64,000 nt of DNA, from contig CAVUHY010000017.1 of NCBI GenBank assembly GCA_963741365.1, positions 2,444 through 66,443 on the forward strand, given 5' to 3'. Below are positions 30,971-40,473 of this stretch, one piece after another (position 1 is the first letter of the stretch; the number at the start of each line of letters is the position of its first letter). Under the pieces are notes generated by a model. That model saw only the letters and a program-made list of their open reading frames with translations, was not told the DNA's origin and made no database searches. The stretch is from Candidatus Acidiferrales bacterium. Lineage in GTDB: Bacteria > Acidobacteriota > Terriglobia > Acidiferrales > UBA7541. The position numbers were made by a program, and so were the translations under genes.

Positions 30971-32029
30971 GTGAAATTATTTCTGCCCTTTGCATTGCGC
31001 AAGGTCGAGTTCAAGAATCGCATCGCTGTTTCTCCGATGTGCCAGTATTCGGCCATCGAAGGGCATCCCACCACGTGGCATCTGGTTCATCTCGGAAGCC
31101 GCGCCATTGGCGGCGCAGCGCTGGTCATGGCAGAAGCTTCGGGCGTCAGCGAAATCGGACGCATTTCTCCCGGCGACACGGGTTTGTACCTCGATTCGCA
31201 CGTTGACGCATGGTGTCCCATCGTTCAGTTTCTCAAAGAACACCATGCCATCACCGGCATTCAACTGGCTCACGCCGGCCGCAAAGCCAGTACCGACGCG
31301 CCGTGGCACGGTGGCAAGCCGCTGTCCGCGTCGCAAGGTGCCTGGACGCCCGTTTCCGCGAGTCCATTGCCATTCGACACGGGATATCCCGTGCCGAAGG
31401 AATTGACGATCGCCGAAATCGACAAGGTTGTGAGCGAGTTTGAAGCCGCTGCGCACCGAGCGCTCGCCGCCGGCTTTCAAATCGCCGAAATCCACTCTGC
31501 TCACGGCTACCTGCTACATCAATTTCTTTCGCCGCTTTCGAATCATCGTTCCGATTCCTACGGGGGCAACTTTGAAAACCGCACGCGGCTTTTGCTCCGT
31601 GTCGCCAAATCCGTTCGCGCCATCTGGCCAGAATCGCAACCACTTTTCGTTCGTATCTCCGCAACGGATTGGGTCGAGGGGGGCTGGGACATCGCGCAAA
31701 GCGTCGAGCTCAGCGGACATCTCAAGTCGCTCGGCGTAGATCTCATCGACGTTTCGAGCGGTGGAACCGCAGCCACCGCGAAGATCCCGCTCGGCCCCGG
31801 CTACCAGGTTGAATTTGCCGAAGCTATCCGTAAGCAGGCCGGCATTCCCACCGGCGCCGTCGGGATGATCACCGATCCGGCGCAAGCCGATACCATCGTT
31901 ACAACTGGCCAAGCCGATATGGTGTTTCTCGCGCGCGAAATGCTGCGCGACCCGTACTGGCCGCGCCACGCTGCCAAGGCGCTGCGTGCCGAACTGCCCG
32001 CTCCCCCGCAATACGCAAGAGCGTGGTGA
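30971..32029 (+). CDS. NADH:flavin oxidoreductase (old yellow enzyme, NamA/YqjM-like)
   Basis: SPMCQYSA, QLAHAGRKAS, EIHSAHGYLLHQFLSP and LRDPYWP motifs. Confidence 0.92.
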   Translation: MKLFLPFALRKVEFKNRIAVSPMCQYSAIEGHPTTWHLVHLGSRAIGGAALVMAEASGVSEIGRISPGDTGLYLDSHVDAWCPIVQFLKEHHAITGIQLAHAGRKASTDAPWHGGKPLSASQGAWTPVSASPLPFDTGYPVPKELTIAEIDKVVSEFEAAAHRALAAGFQIAEIHSAHGYLLHQFLSPLSNHRSDSYGGNFENRTRLLLRVAKSVRAIWPESQPLFVRISATDWVEGGWDIAQSVELSGHLKSLGVDLIDVSSGGTAATAKIPLGPGYQVEFAEAIRKQAGIPTGAVGMITDPAQADTIVTTGQADMVFLAREMLRDPYWPRHAAKALRAELPAPPQYARAW

Positions 32030-32031
32030 CA

Positions 32032-32337
32032 ATGAGTTTCCTCGATCTTTCCGAAGACGCGACCCGCGGAACCATCACCGTTTCTATTCGCGTGCAGCCG
32101 CGCGCCAGTAAAAACGAAATCGCCGGCACCATGGACGGGGCGTTAAAAGTTCGGCTCACCGCTCCTGCTCTTGAAAATCGTGCCAACGAGGCGCTCGCCG
32201 AGTTTCTTGTCGATCTTTTGAAAACCTCGAAGTCCGCTGTTAGAATCCAGAGCGGCTTGCAAAGCCGCAACAAACGCGTGGAAATCCGCGGCGTCACGCG
32301 CCAGCAAATCCTGGACCTTCTTCGGGAAGAGGCTTAA
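32032..32337 (+). CDS. DUF167/YggU family protein
   Basis: VQPRAS, LKVRLTAP..NRANEAL and SRNKRV motifs. Confidence 0.9.
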   Translation: MSFLDLSEDATRGTITVSIRVQPRASKNEIAGTMDGALKVRLTAPALENRANEALAEFLVDLLKTSKSAVRIQSGLQSRNKRVEIRGVTRQQILDLLREEA

Positions 32338-32384
32338 TTCCAGTCTCCGAATTCGAGTCAACCGCGATCGAAGTGGAGGTTCGC

Positions 32385-33563
32385 ATGAGTCTGAAGATCG
32401 ACGAAGTCCAGAAAGATCTCCGCGCCGCCAAACTTGACGGCTGGCTCTTTTACGATTTCCGCGGCCGCGATCCCATTGCTCATCGCATTCTACAACTTCC
32501 TGCCGGTATGCGCACGCGCCGCTGGTTCTATTTCATTCCCGCCAAGGGCAAGGCGAAAAAACTGGTGCACAAGATCGAGACGCATTCGCTCGCTTCTTTG
32601 CCGGGCGACACGCTATATTTCTCCGCGCACAGCGAACTTACAGGCAATCTGAAAAAAATCCTTGGCGGCGCGAAGACCGTGGCCATGCAATACTCCGCAA
32701 AAAACGCGATTCCGTACGTTTCGATGGTTGACGCGGGCACGTTGGAACTCGTTCGCAGCGCTGGAGTGAAGGTCGTGACTTCCGCTGATCTCGTTCAGAA
32801 ATACGAAGCGTGCTGGACGAAAGCGCAACTGGAATCCCATCTCGCCGCTGGTTGCGCGATTGATGCCATTGTGCAAGGCGCTTTTGCTCACGCGGGCAAA
32901 TCGATATGCGAGAAATCGCCCATCACCGAATACGACCTCCAACAGTGGATCCTTCGCAAATTCGAAGAGGCGGGCATCGAGACCGAGCAGGGCCCCGACG
33001 TTGCCGTGAACAAAAACGCCAGCGATCCGCATTACGGCCCTTCTCCTGAAAAATCCGCCACGATCAAGGAAGGCGATTTGCTGCTGCTGGATGTGTGGGG
33101 CAAGCAGAAACGTCCGGGCAGCGTTTACTATGACATCACCTGGGTCGGCTATCTCGGCGGCAAGGTGCCCGACAAATACACAAAAGTGTTCAATGTCGTT
33201 CGCCAGGCGCGCGACCGCGGCGTCAGCATGATTCTTGACGGCATCAAAGTCGGGAAGCCGTTGCAAGGCTGGCAGATCGACAACGCCGTGCGTGCCGTCA
33301 TCGAAAAAGCCGGCTATGGAAAGTATTTCTTTCACCGCACTGGCCACAATATCGGCCAGTCTGTGCACGGCAACGGTGTCAATATAGATGGTCTGGAGAC
33401 GCGCGACGAACGCCACCTGATTCCCGGAACGTGCAACTCGATAGAACCCGGCATCTATCTTCCGGAGTTTGGCATTCGCAGTGAAGTGGATGTGTACATC
33501 GACGAAAGGGAAGCGCGCGTGACCGGCGCTGTGCAAACCGACATTCTTCCGCTACTGGCGTGA
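32385..33563 (+). CDS. M24-family metallopeptidase (Xaa-Pro-like)
   Basis: HRTGH, SIEPGIY and GIRSEVD motifs. Confidence 0.88.
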   Translation: MSLKIDEVQKDLRAAKLDGWLFYDFRGRDPIAHRILQLPAGMRTRRWFYFIPAKGKAKKLVHKIETHSLASLPGDTLYFSAHSELTGNLKKILGGAKTVAMQYSAKNAIPYVSMVDAGTLELVRSAGVKVVTSADLVQKYEACWTKAQLESHLAAGCAIDAIVQGAFAHAGKSICEKSPITEYDLQQWILRKFEEAGIETEQGPDVAVNKNASDPHYGPSPEKSATIKEGDLLLLDVWGKQKRPGSVYYDITWVGYLGGKVPDKYTKVFNVVRQARDRGVSMILDGIKVGKPLQGWQIDNAVRAVIEKAGYGKYFFHRTGHNIGQSVHGNGVNIDGLETRDERHLIPGTCNSIEPGIYLPEFGIRSEVDVYIDEREARVTGAVQTDILPLLA

Positions 33564-33586
33564 GAGGGTATTGCATTCAACTACCA

Positions 33587-34036
33587 ATGACCGAAGACGC
33601 AATCCAATCGCACGCTGTTGAAGAAATGACGCCCGAAGCTTCGGCGACCTCAGAGCCGCCACTTCAGCGAGAAATGCGCTCGTGGGCTTGTGCCCTTGCG
33701 GGCTGGCTCTTGCCTGGGCTTGGCCATGCCATGCAAAAAATGTGGGGACGCGCCCTTATCGTTTTAAGCGCGGTGGGACTACTTGTTTATACAGGCGCGT
33801 CCATGAGGGGCAACGTATTCACGTCAAATGGCGGCGATGCGTTTGACACCCTCGGCTACATCGCCGACATGGGCACCGGATGCTTCTACTTCCTCGCCCG
33901 ATTTCTGGAGCACGCAGGCTCCGACGTGTCTCATTCCCAAGGCGACTACGGCACGCGGTTTCTGGCTACCGCGGGCGTGCTCAACATCCTGTCGGCCCTG
34001 CACGCTTATGAAGCCGCGCGTGGGAGAAAAGCATGA
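33587..34036 (+). CDS. Membrane protein (DUF6677-like)
   Basis: GWLLPGLGH and YGTRFL..AGVLN motifs; three TM segments. Confidence 0.65.
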   Translation: MTEDAIQSHAVEEMTPEASATSEPPLQREMRSWACALAGWLLPGLGHAMQKMWGRALIVLSAVGLLVYTGASMRGNVFTSNGGDAFDTLGYIADMGTGCFYFLARFLEHAGSDVSHSQGDYGTRFLATAGVLNILSALHAYEAARGRKA

Positions 34037-34227
34037 CGACCCCGCGTGGATTTTCCCTCACTCACATCCAGGCGTTTCTTCTTTTCGCCGCGATCATTTC
34101 AATTGCTTTCGGCTTTCTCGGCCGTCGCAAGCCCCAGGATCGCATTCGCTACATCCTCTGGTCTTTTTTCCTTTTCCTAGTCGTGGGTGTAGGCATCGGC
34201 TGGGCCATGTATCCCTTTTCGCGCTGA
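34033..34227 (+). CDS. Small two-TM membrane protein
   Basis: 64 aa; ATGA overlap with the upstream gene; ends GWAMYPFSR. Confidence 0.65.
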   Translation: MTTPRGFSLTHIQAFLLFAAIISIAFGFLGRRKPQDRIRYILWSFFLFLVVGVGIGWAMYPFSR

Positions 34228-34340
34228 GCGGAATTCCGCTTAACAATTCACGCCGCGGCCGCCCTACCTTCGCGGCTTAGCGTTTACTTTGGATTTCGGT
34301 TTTTCTTGCGTGGCAATAAGGGAATTTCAGGCCTTGTGAA

Positions 34341-34370
34341 TTGACACCTATTTTCTGCGAATGCTATCGT
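34341..34370 (+). promoter_or_regulatory. Putative sigma70 promoter of tRNA-Thr
   Basis: TTGACA at 34341 and TG-C-TATCGT extended -10 at 34362-34370, 15 bp upstream of the tRNA. Confidence 0.6.
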
Positions 34371-34385
34371 AAATAACTAGACAAA

Positions 34386-34460
34386 GCCGAGGTAGCTCAG
34401 TGGTAGAGCAGCCGATTCGTAATCGGCAGGTCGTGGGTTCAACTCCCACTCTCGGCTCCA
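34386..34460 (+). tRNA. tRNA-Thr (anticodon CGT)
   Basis: 75-nt cloverleaf: acceptor stem GCCGAG/CTCGGC, D-loop AGTGGTA, anticodon arm GCCGA-TT-CGT-AA-TCGGC, GGTTCAACTCC T arm, encoded CCA. Confidence 0.97.
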
Positions 34461-34470
34461 CTATCCTCCT

Positions 34471-35774
34471 TGTACAGTCCGGAGAGATCCTTTACAGAAC
34501 GTTCCGAAGACATAGCTTACACCCTTGGGCCAAAAGGGTTGTCTAAGGGTTGCAGAGTCTTTTCCTCAAGATCGATGTAACCGAGATCATACTCCATGAA
34601 GCTAACCAGCCAGATACCCTCGTCGACCTCTTTGATGCCCACGGCTTGACCTGCGAGAGAAGTGCTGAGATTTATTTTCTTTTTGAAAATGCAGATCCTT
34701 CCGCAGTAGGTAACCAGAGCTGTCCGATCGTGGAAAGGATAAGAGAGTTCTCCGATGCCCCGATATTGCCGCGTGGAAGCTTTATAGACTTCGACGGGGC
34801 ACTTCATATCGAGAGCCTCATGCGGGCGCTCGTTGTTAAACACGTGAACGAAGGCATCGAACTTGGCTTGTTGTTGAAGGAAGTTGGAGCCGGCCGGCCG
34901 GGTAGCTTCCATCTTTAAAGTTCGATGCATGCGTTCGTGGCGACCGTTCTGTTGCGGATGGCCGGGCTGGATACGCTCGATGGTAATGCCGAGGCGAAGC
35001 CACCAAACGGCCAGCTTACTCAGGTTGAAAAGACCATTGGGTGAAGCAAAGGGCACGCCGTTGTCGGAGCGAATGGCTTGGGGCAGGCCTCGCTCCTGGA
35101 ACAAGCGCTCAAAGGCGGTAAAGGCACCCTGTTCCTTGACGGACTCCATGGCTTCGCAGAGCAGGAGATAACGGCTGGCATGGTCGGAGACGGTAAGCGG
35201 ATAACAGTATCTTTTATCCCCCAGCATGAATTCGCCCTTGTAATCGGTGCACCACAAAGCATTCGGAGTAAGTCCTTGGGATAAAGAGGTACCTTGGGTT
35301 TTTGTGCGAGAGCGTTTTTGCCGCGCAACCAGGCCATGGCGGTCCATGATGGTGTGGATGGTGCTGCAGGCGGGTGCTTTTACATCGTTCGGTAGCTTGC
35401 GTAAAAGCCGATCTCTGATCTTACGAGCGCCCCAGGTTGGCTTCTCACGCCGCATGGTGACAATCATCGCTTCGAGCTGGGCTGGTAATTTGTTGGCGTA
35501 GCGATAAGGGGTTCTCGCTCGATCGGTTAGACCTTGCAGCCCGCACTCCTTGTACCGTTCGTAGATCTTATATCCGGTAACCCGGGAGATCCCGAATTCG
35601 CGGCACAACGAGGCCATGCTCTCGCCGTCCTTGAGCCGCAATACGAATCGCATGCGTTCTTCCACGATAGACCGTTCCTTCCATGGCATGGACACCTCCG
35701 TGCTGGACTAGTCCAGCACGGAGGTGTAAACCATGTCTCCGGAACGTTTTGTAAAGGGGTGATCCGAACGCTCA
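34471..35774 (-). mobile_element. IS481-type insertion sequence (copy 1)
   Basis: TG...CA ends with ~50-bp imperfect inverted repeats (TGTACAGTCCGGAGAGATCCTTTACAGAACGTTCCG / rc TGAGCGTTCGGATCACCCCTTTACAAAACGTTCCG); flanking 3-bp duplication CCT. Confidence 0.88.
34517..35689 (-). CDS. IS481-family DDE transposase
   Basis: N-terminal HTH (MPWKE..LCREFGISR.TGYK) and rve core (WCTDYKG, IRSDNG, QQNGRHERMHRTLK). Confidence 0.94.
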   Translation of the reverse strand: MPWKERSIVEERMRFVLRLKDGESMASLCREFGISRVTGYKIYERYKECGLQGLTDRARTPYRYANKLPAQLEAMIVTMRREKPTWGARKIRDRLLRKLPNDVKAPACSTIHTIMDRHGLVARQKRSRTKTQGTSLSQGLTPNALWCTDYKGEFMLGDKRYCYPLTVSDHASRYLLLCEAMESVKEQGAFTAFERLFQERGLPQAIRSDNGVPFASPNGLFNLSKLAVWWLRLGITIERIQPGHPQQNGRHERMHRTLKMEATRPAGSNFLQQQAKFDAFVHVFNNERPHEALDMKCPVEVYKASTRQYRGIGELSYPFHDRTALVTYCGRICIFKKKINLSTSLAGQAVGIKEVDEGIWLVSFMEYDLGYIDLEEKTLQPLDNPFGPRV

Positions 35775-36000
35775 CCTTACGAATCAATAGCTTGGCAATT
35801 TCAGTTCACGACCCATCCCCCATTTGGTGCAAGATTGGTGCAAGTTAGCTCAAATTTGCTTCAGTTTTCACCCCAGGCCGGTTCCCGCACCTTAAATCCT
35901 TCTACGGTTTTTGCGTTTACCTGGACTTACTGAAAAAAACACGAGAGGTCGGGCCGCTTTCACTCACACCCTATTCATGACGCAATGCCACCATGGGGTC
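35775..36000 (+). repeat. Island left-end module, copy 1 (226 bp)
   Basis: Near-identical to 61675-61900 (5 mismatches by eye); contains TTGGTGCAAG x2 and the ADOP 3' tip on the minus strand. Confidence 0.95.
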
Positions 36001-36958
36001 GACCCGCATCGCACTCGCGTGCAAGGACCAGGCTCGCCACGTTGGCACATGCGACCAGCAAAACAACACCGGCAGCAATCGCGGTCATACCTAAACCGCG
36101 CCGAGCATTTTGCTCGGTGGGGCCTGGATGTTGAAACTTTTCTGCGAAAGATTGCACGATGAGTCGGTCTGCACGGTCCATCGGGGCACTTGGATTGTGT
36201 AGCCGACCAGCAATGACTTCCATTTCTGAACGGGCTTCCGCCAGGGTGACGTCAGGCTTCAGGCGGGCAAGGATTTCGACTCTCAATTGTCCGGCTCTGA
36301 GATTCCCTTGAGTTAAATAGGAGTCGAGAACGAGAGGAGCGAAAATCTCAAGCTCCTGGTAATAAGGTTCCAGCGATTGGGGTAGGACTCCTATTATGGT
36401 GACCGGGCGACGATTTAGAACGACCTGCTTTCCGATAATGTGCGAGTCGGCGTCGAAGCGTTTGTGCCAGCAATCGTACGAGAGCAAGACAACCGCATCG
36501 TGACCGACGGCCTGTTCTTCGTCGCGAAAGCCGCGGCCCAGCAAAGGCTGAACACCGAGCGTCGGAAGCCAACTCGCAGTTACCAAGAAACCGGGCAGAT
36601 TCTGTAGTGTCGAGCCTTCCTCGCCATAAAAATAGTCGGTCCATCCGCCTGCGGCGATATGACCGAAGGACCCACTTTGTTCGCGAACAGCTTCATATTG
36701 GGCCGGAATCGGTGTGTGGACGTCACCGCCCTCGACGGTCCAGATGTTCACCAGTCGTTCTGGTCCGCTGAACGGCATGCGTTGCAAAAAGACGGAGTCA
36801 ACCAAACTAAAAATGGTTGTGTTGGCACCAATGCCGAGCGCGATGGTAAAGATGGCAGTCGCAGTGAAGCCAGGGGACTTGCGAAATTGGCGGAGAGCAA
36901 AGCAGCAATCCGAGAAGATTGAAGCGAGCCAATTGTGAAGAGGCGCCCGGGAGTCCAT
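35971..36958 (-). pseudogene. ADOP-family (acidobacterial duplicated orphan) ABC permease, internally deleted
   Basis: FALRQFRKSPGFT..LGIGANTTIFS and VLLVACANVASLVLAR, joined out of frame to the family C-terminus AMRVDPMVALRHE*. Confidence 0.85.
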
Positions 36959-37310
36959 CGCGGGATTCTAACTCCATATTCTTCTCTCTGTGCCTGTTAA
37001 GTCGCGTACTCGGAAACTTGAAAAAATTTCATATGGACGGGTACGGCGTCTGGAGTTGACCTACAAGCTGCCCCTCCTCGTTGACTTGCCTTCTGTCCTC
37101 AACCTAAGACGCGCCAGAACTTGAGCCCGGAAACCGCGTTGTGGGAATTGCCCTTACGGACAGGTTATCAATCGGCTGGGTGAGGGTCGTATCGGACGCG
37201 CAAAATATCGTTACGTAACGCACACTTCGTTGTGCGGGACACCGGAAGCCGCCTGGCCCAGTGGAGAGCAAATGGTATTAGAGAGCCTCATGGGCCTGAC
37301 GGAGCCTCGC

Positions 37311-38108
37311 ATGCTGGCTTCCTCTCTGTTTTATAAGCGTACCTTGAGAAAGGCCCCGTGCGCCTGTCTCCATGCTGTTCTCGCCAGCGCGTCACTTCTG
37401 CTGTGTATGGTTCCGAGAGCGCTCGCTCAGCAACAAATTGCCGGGCATGAGACGACGCCTACTGTCGCCAGACAAAATGAAGTTACGGCAATCGACATTC
37501 TGTTGGAGCCGGACGCCACGATGCTCCTGCGTTGCGCAGAGAACAACGCCCGCCTGCTCAAGGTTTTCCCGAAAGGCTTCTCGCTCGATGCGACGCACCG
37601 TCCCCACATCACATTGGTACAGCGCTTTGTCCGCACCGCGGACCTCGACAAGGTCTATGCCGCTGTCGACAGTGTCCTCGCCAGCGCGAATGTAACCGGC
37701 ATGAAGCTGGAAGCCTTCAAGTACTACTACTTCCCAACTACGGAATTTGGACTTGCGGGCATTGTTGTGAGGCCGACACCTGAGTTGCTCAACTTGCAGA
37801 AGGATGTGATTGCTGCTGTGAAGCCACTCACCGTCGAAACCGGCACATCTACCGCGTTCTTCACGCCCGATGACCCGATTATTGACCCGTATTCGATTGA
37901 GTACGTTTCGACGTTTGTGCCGGAGGCATCCGGCGAGCATTTCAATCCGCACGTGATTACTGGCTTCGCCCTCCGCGCATACCTCCAAGAAATGATGACC
38001 GAACCATTTGCAAAGTTCACATTCTCGCCTGCCGGCGCGGCAGTCTACCAACTCGGCCAGTTCGGCACGGCGGCAAAAAAACTCAAAGAATGGGACTTGA
38101 AACGTTAA
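37311..38108 (+). CDS. Probably exported 2H-phosphoesterase-like protein (start uncertain)
   Basis: Signal-like segment (..PRALAQQ) and two 2H-type motifs, PHITL and PHVIT. Confidence 0.55.
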   Translation: MLASSLFYKRTLRKAPCACLHAVLASASLLLCMVPRALAQQQIAGHETTPTVARQNEVTAIDILLEPDATMLLRCAENNARLLKVFPKGFSLDATHRPHITLVQRFVRTADLDKVYAAVDSVLASANVTGMKLEAFKYYYFPTTEFGLAGIVVRPTPELLNLQKDVIAAVKPLTVETGTSTAFFTPDDPIIDPYSIEYVSTFVPEASGEHFNPHVITGFALRAYLQEMMTEPFAKFTFSPAGAAVYQLGQFGTAAKKLKEWDLKR

Positions 38109-38223
38109 GAGTCCCCGAAAAGGCGGTCACTTGCCTGATTGCGTCCGGTTCCCGGACATGTTGCTTCCAGTACCCACTCAGGGTGCGTGGCAGTTCGCCT
38201 TGCCTTGCAGCTCTAGCAGACCT

Positions 38224-39570
38224 TCAATTTACAAAGTGCTTCCCATCTGAAGAAGGGCTACTGATGCTCACTTTTCCCAGTTCTGCTCCCAGCAGGTCCA
38301 TTGCATCAACCTGTGATTCGGCCACGCTTTTCACATAAATGTTCATCGTGATGCCGATGTTGCTGTGGCGCAGAATCGCCTGGATATCCTTGTCGGCCAC
38401 TCCCAACTGGTGCAAATTTGTCGCCAAGCCACGCCGGAATGCGTGCCATCCGTGCCACTTCGGAAGTGATTTATCACGCTGGAACTGGTGGCCGTCCCTC
38501 TTATGTGATTCTTTCGACTCCTTACACACTGCACATATCTCAAGGGCCGGAATGATTATCCGGCGCGAGAGGTTATCAAGGTTGAGGGGCTGTCCGTTCC
38601 CAGCCTGAAAGATTGGGCCGATTGCCAACTTGCCCATCCTCTTCCTGTGAACCTCCAGCGCCTCAGCCAATTGTTTGATAACCGGAATTGGGGCTTTGCT
38701 ACCCTTTGTCTTCGGTTCCGTGACAAAGCTGTTCCAAACGGATTGCTTTACGGCCAATTCCTTTCCAGTGAAATTCTCCCACCGCAACCCACGAATTTCT
38801 CCCTTGCGGAGTCCCGTTAACGCTGCGGTCAAAACAACTGTGCGTGCCGGTTCTTCAAGTACCGCCAACATCTTCCTAACTTCATCATGACTGTACGCAT
38901 AGGTCTCTGAGGACTCCGATGCTTTTGGCACGCTGACATCTTGCATCGGATTAATTCCATCGAGAATTCCCAGCCGCTTCGCTTCTTTGAATACACCGTT
39001 CAAAAAGGCTTTGATGTGTTTAAGTGAATTGCGGCCGAGCGTTGTCTGACGCGCAATTTCTTTTAGCAATTTCTCGCCGTGAACAGTTCGGAATCCCCGG
39101 AGAGTCATCTTTCCCATGCGGCCCTTCAGATGGTCTTCCCAAGTATCGCGATAAGACTTTTGAGTACTTGGTCGGAGTTGTCGCTGAACGTATTCTGGAA
39201 GATAAATTTTCTCCACGAACTCAGAAACGAGCATCGTGCTCTGCGGATTCACTAGTCCCGCATTAATCGGTGCGAGCAACTCCTGCGCAAAGGGCCGCAC
39301 GCTCGCTTTCGTCCTGTACCCGTCGCAGAAGGGAACTGGGAGTTTCTTAGACACCAGTTTCCGCTTGATAGTGCCATCACGCTGCATCACGTTATCGCAG
39401 TAACGCAGAAACCAAGATTTCCCTCGACGAAGTAAATTCCCTTTCTGCTCCCTCACGGTCTCCCCTTGTCCTTTCTTCTTAGCCAATTCCTGAAGCCCCG
39501 CAGCTACCAATTTTTCCATCTGGGCCTCACAGGCTATTGGCCCGCTGAAGGTCAATCCGGTCAAGGCCAT
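38224..39570 (-). CDS. Tyrosine recombinase / phage-type integrase
   Basis: TGLRKGE (R), HAFRR (HxxR), LRHS (H) and MNIY (Y) catalytic residues; N-terminal arm-binding-like WFLRY region. Confidence 0.94.
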   Translation of the reverse strand: MALTGLTFSGPIACEAQMEKLVAAGLQELAKKKGQGETVREQKGNLLRRGKSWFLRYCDNVMQRDGTIKRKLVSKKLPVPFCDGYRTKASVRPFAQELLAPINAGLVNPQSTMLVSEFVEKIYLPEYVQRQLRPSTQKSYRDTWEDHLKGRMGKMTLRGFRTVHGEKLLKEIARQTTLGRNSLKHIKAFLNGVFKEAKRLGILDGINPMQDVSVPKASESSETYAYSHDEVRKMLAVLEEPARTVVLTAALTGLRKGEIRGLRWENFTGKELAVKQSVWNSFVTEPKTKGSKAPIPVIKQLAEALEVHRKRMGKLAIGPIFQAGNGQPLNLDNLSRRIIIPALEICAVCKESKESHKRDGHQFQRDKSLPKWHGWHAFRRGLATNLHQLGVADKDIQAILRHSNIGITMNIYVKSVAESQVDAMDLLGAELGKVSISSPSSDGKHFVN

Positions 39571-39780
39571 TCATCCCTTTCCGCACTCCCTCAACCATTC
39601 GCAGATGTCGGGCCAGCTGAACCGGAGATACCTTCCCATCCGTAGACAGGGAAGAGGCTTACAGCCACGTTCTCCACGGGCACGGCTCTTCTCGTACACC
39701 CACCCCAGGCCAACTTGCAGGCGCTGGGCCAGCTGTGCAGGCGTCAAAATGTCCTCCGGTTCCAGTCTCTCGGCACTCAT
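39571..39780 (-). CDS. Excisionase-like helix-turn-helix protein
   Basis: ILTPAQLAQRLQV..WVY..LPCLRMGRYLRF..WL; stop abuts the integrase ATG. Confidence 0.85.
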   Translation of the reverse strand: MSAERLEPEDILTPAQLAQRLQVGLGWVYEKSRARGERGCKPLPCLRMGRYLRFSWPDICEWLRECGKG

Positions 39781-40473
39781 CTTCCTTGCACCAACCTTGC
39801 AACGCCCCTTTCAAAGCATTGATTCCATAGGCCTAAAATCTGACTAGCAGTTATGCTAACGGCTGTTCAGACCCTTCTTTGACCCACACAACGGGTCATC
39901 TCCATCTCTTTTGCCGTATCGGCTTCGCTGCCTTTTGCAGGCTGATAATATCGCTGGCTTATATCTTGGTTGACCAGCATGGGCCGTCAGTTTTTAGCCT
40001 TTTTGGGCCCCTTTTTTGCCGCTTTGTGCCGCGAAGTGCCGGTTTGTGCCGGTTCTCACGGTTTGTCTCGCTTTGTCTCGGCCCACCCTCCAGGCCCGCT
40101 CTTCAAGCTCTATGAACTGTCATGCGGCCTTATGCTTGCGTTTTCCCTCCTGACGACTCCCCCGAGCAGAATCCCGCCTCAACTTTTTCTCCTCCCCGGT
40201 CAGCGGGTCGTCATAACGAACAATTGCATCGAGTTCAGCGCATTCATTCAAGAGGGCCTGAGGGTCGGGCAGGAAGCGTGTGGGTTGAACAGCTCCCGGG
40301 CGATACAACTCTGCTTCTCCGAATCGCTCGAATATATCTCGGCCACCCTTTGGAATGAAAGTTCACGGATATGGTGGACGTTTTCATCGCCTATCTGCTC
40401 GGTGGGATTCGCGCTCAGATTGCGTCACTCACACAGTCTTTGAGAATCGCTCGATAGGCGATGGGTTCAAGCT

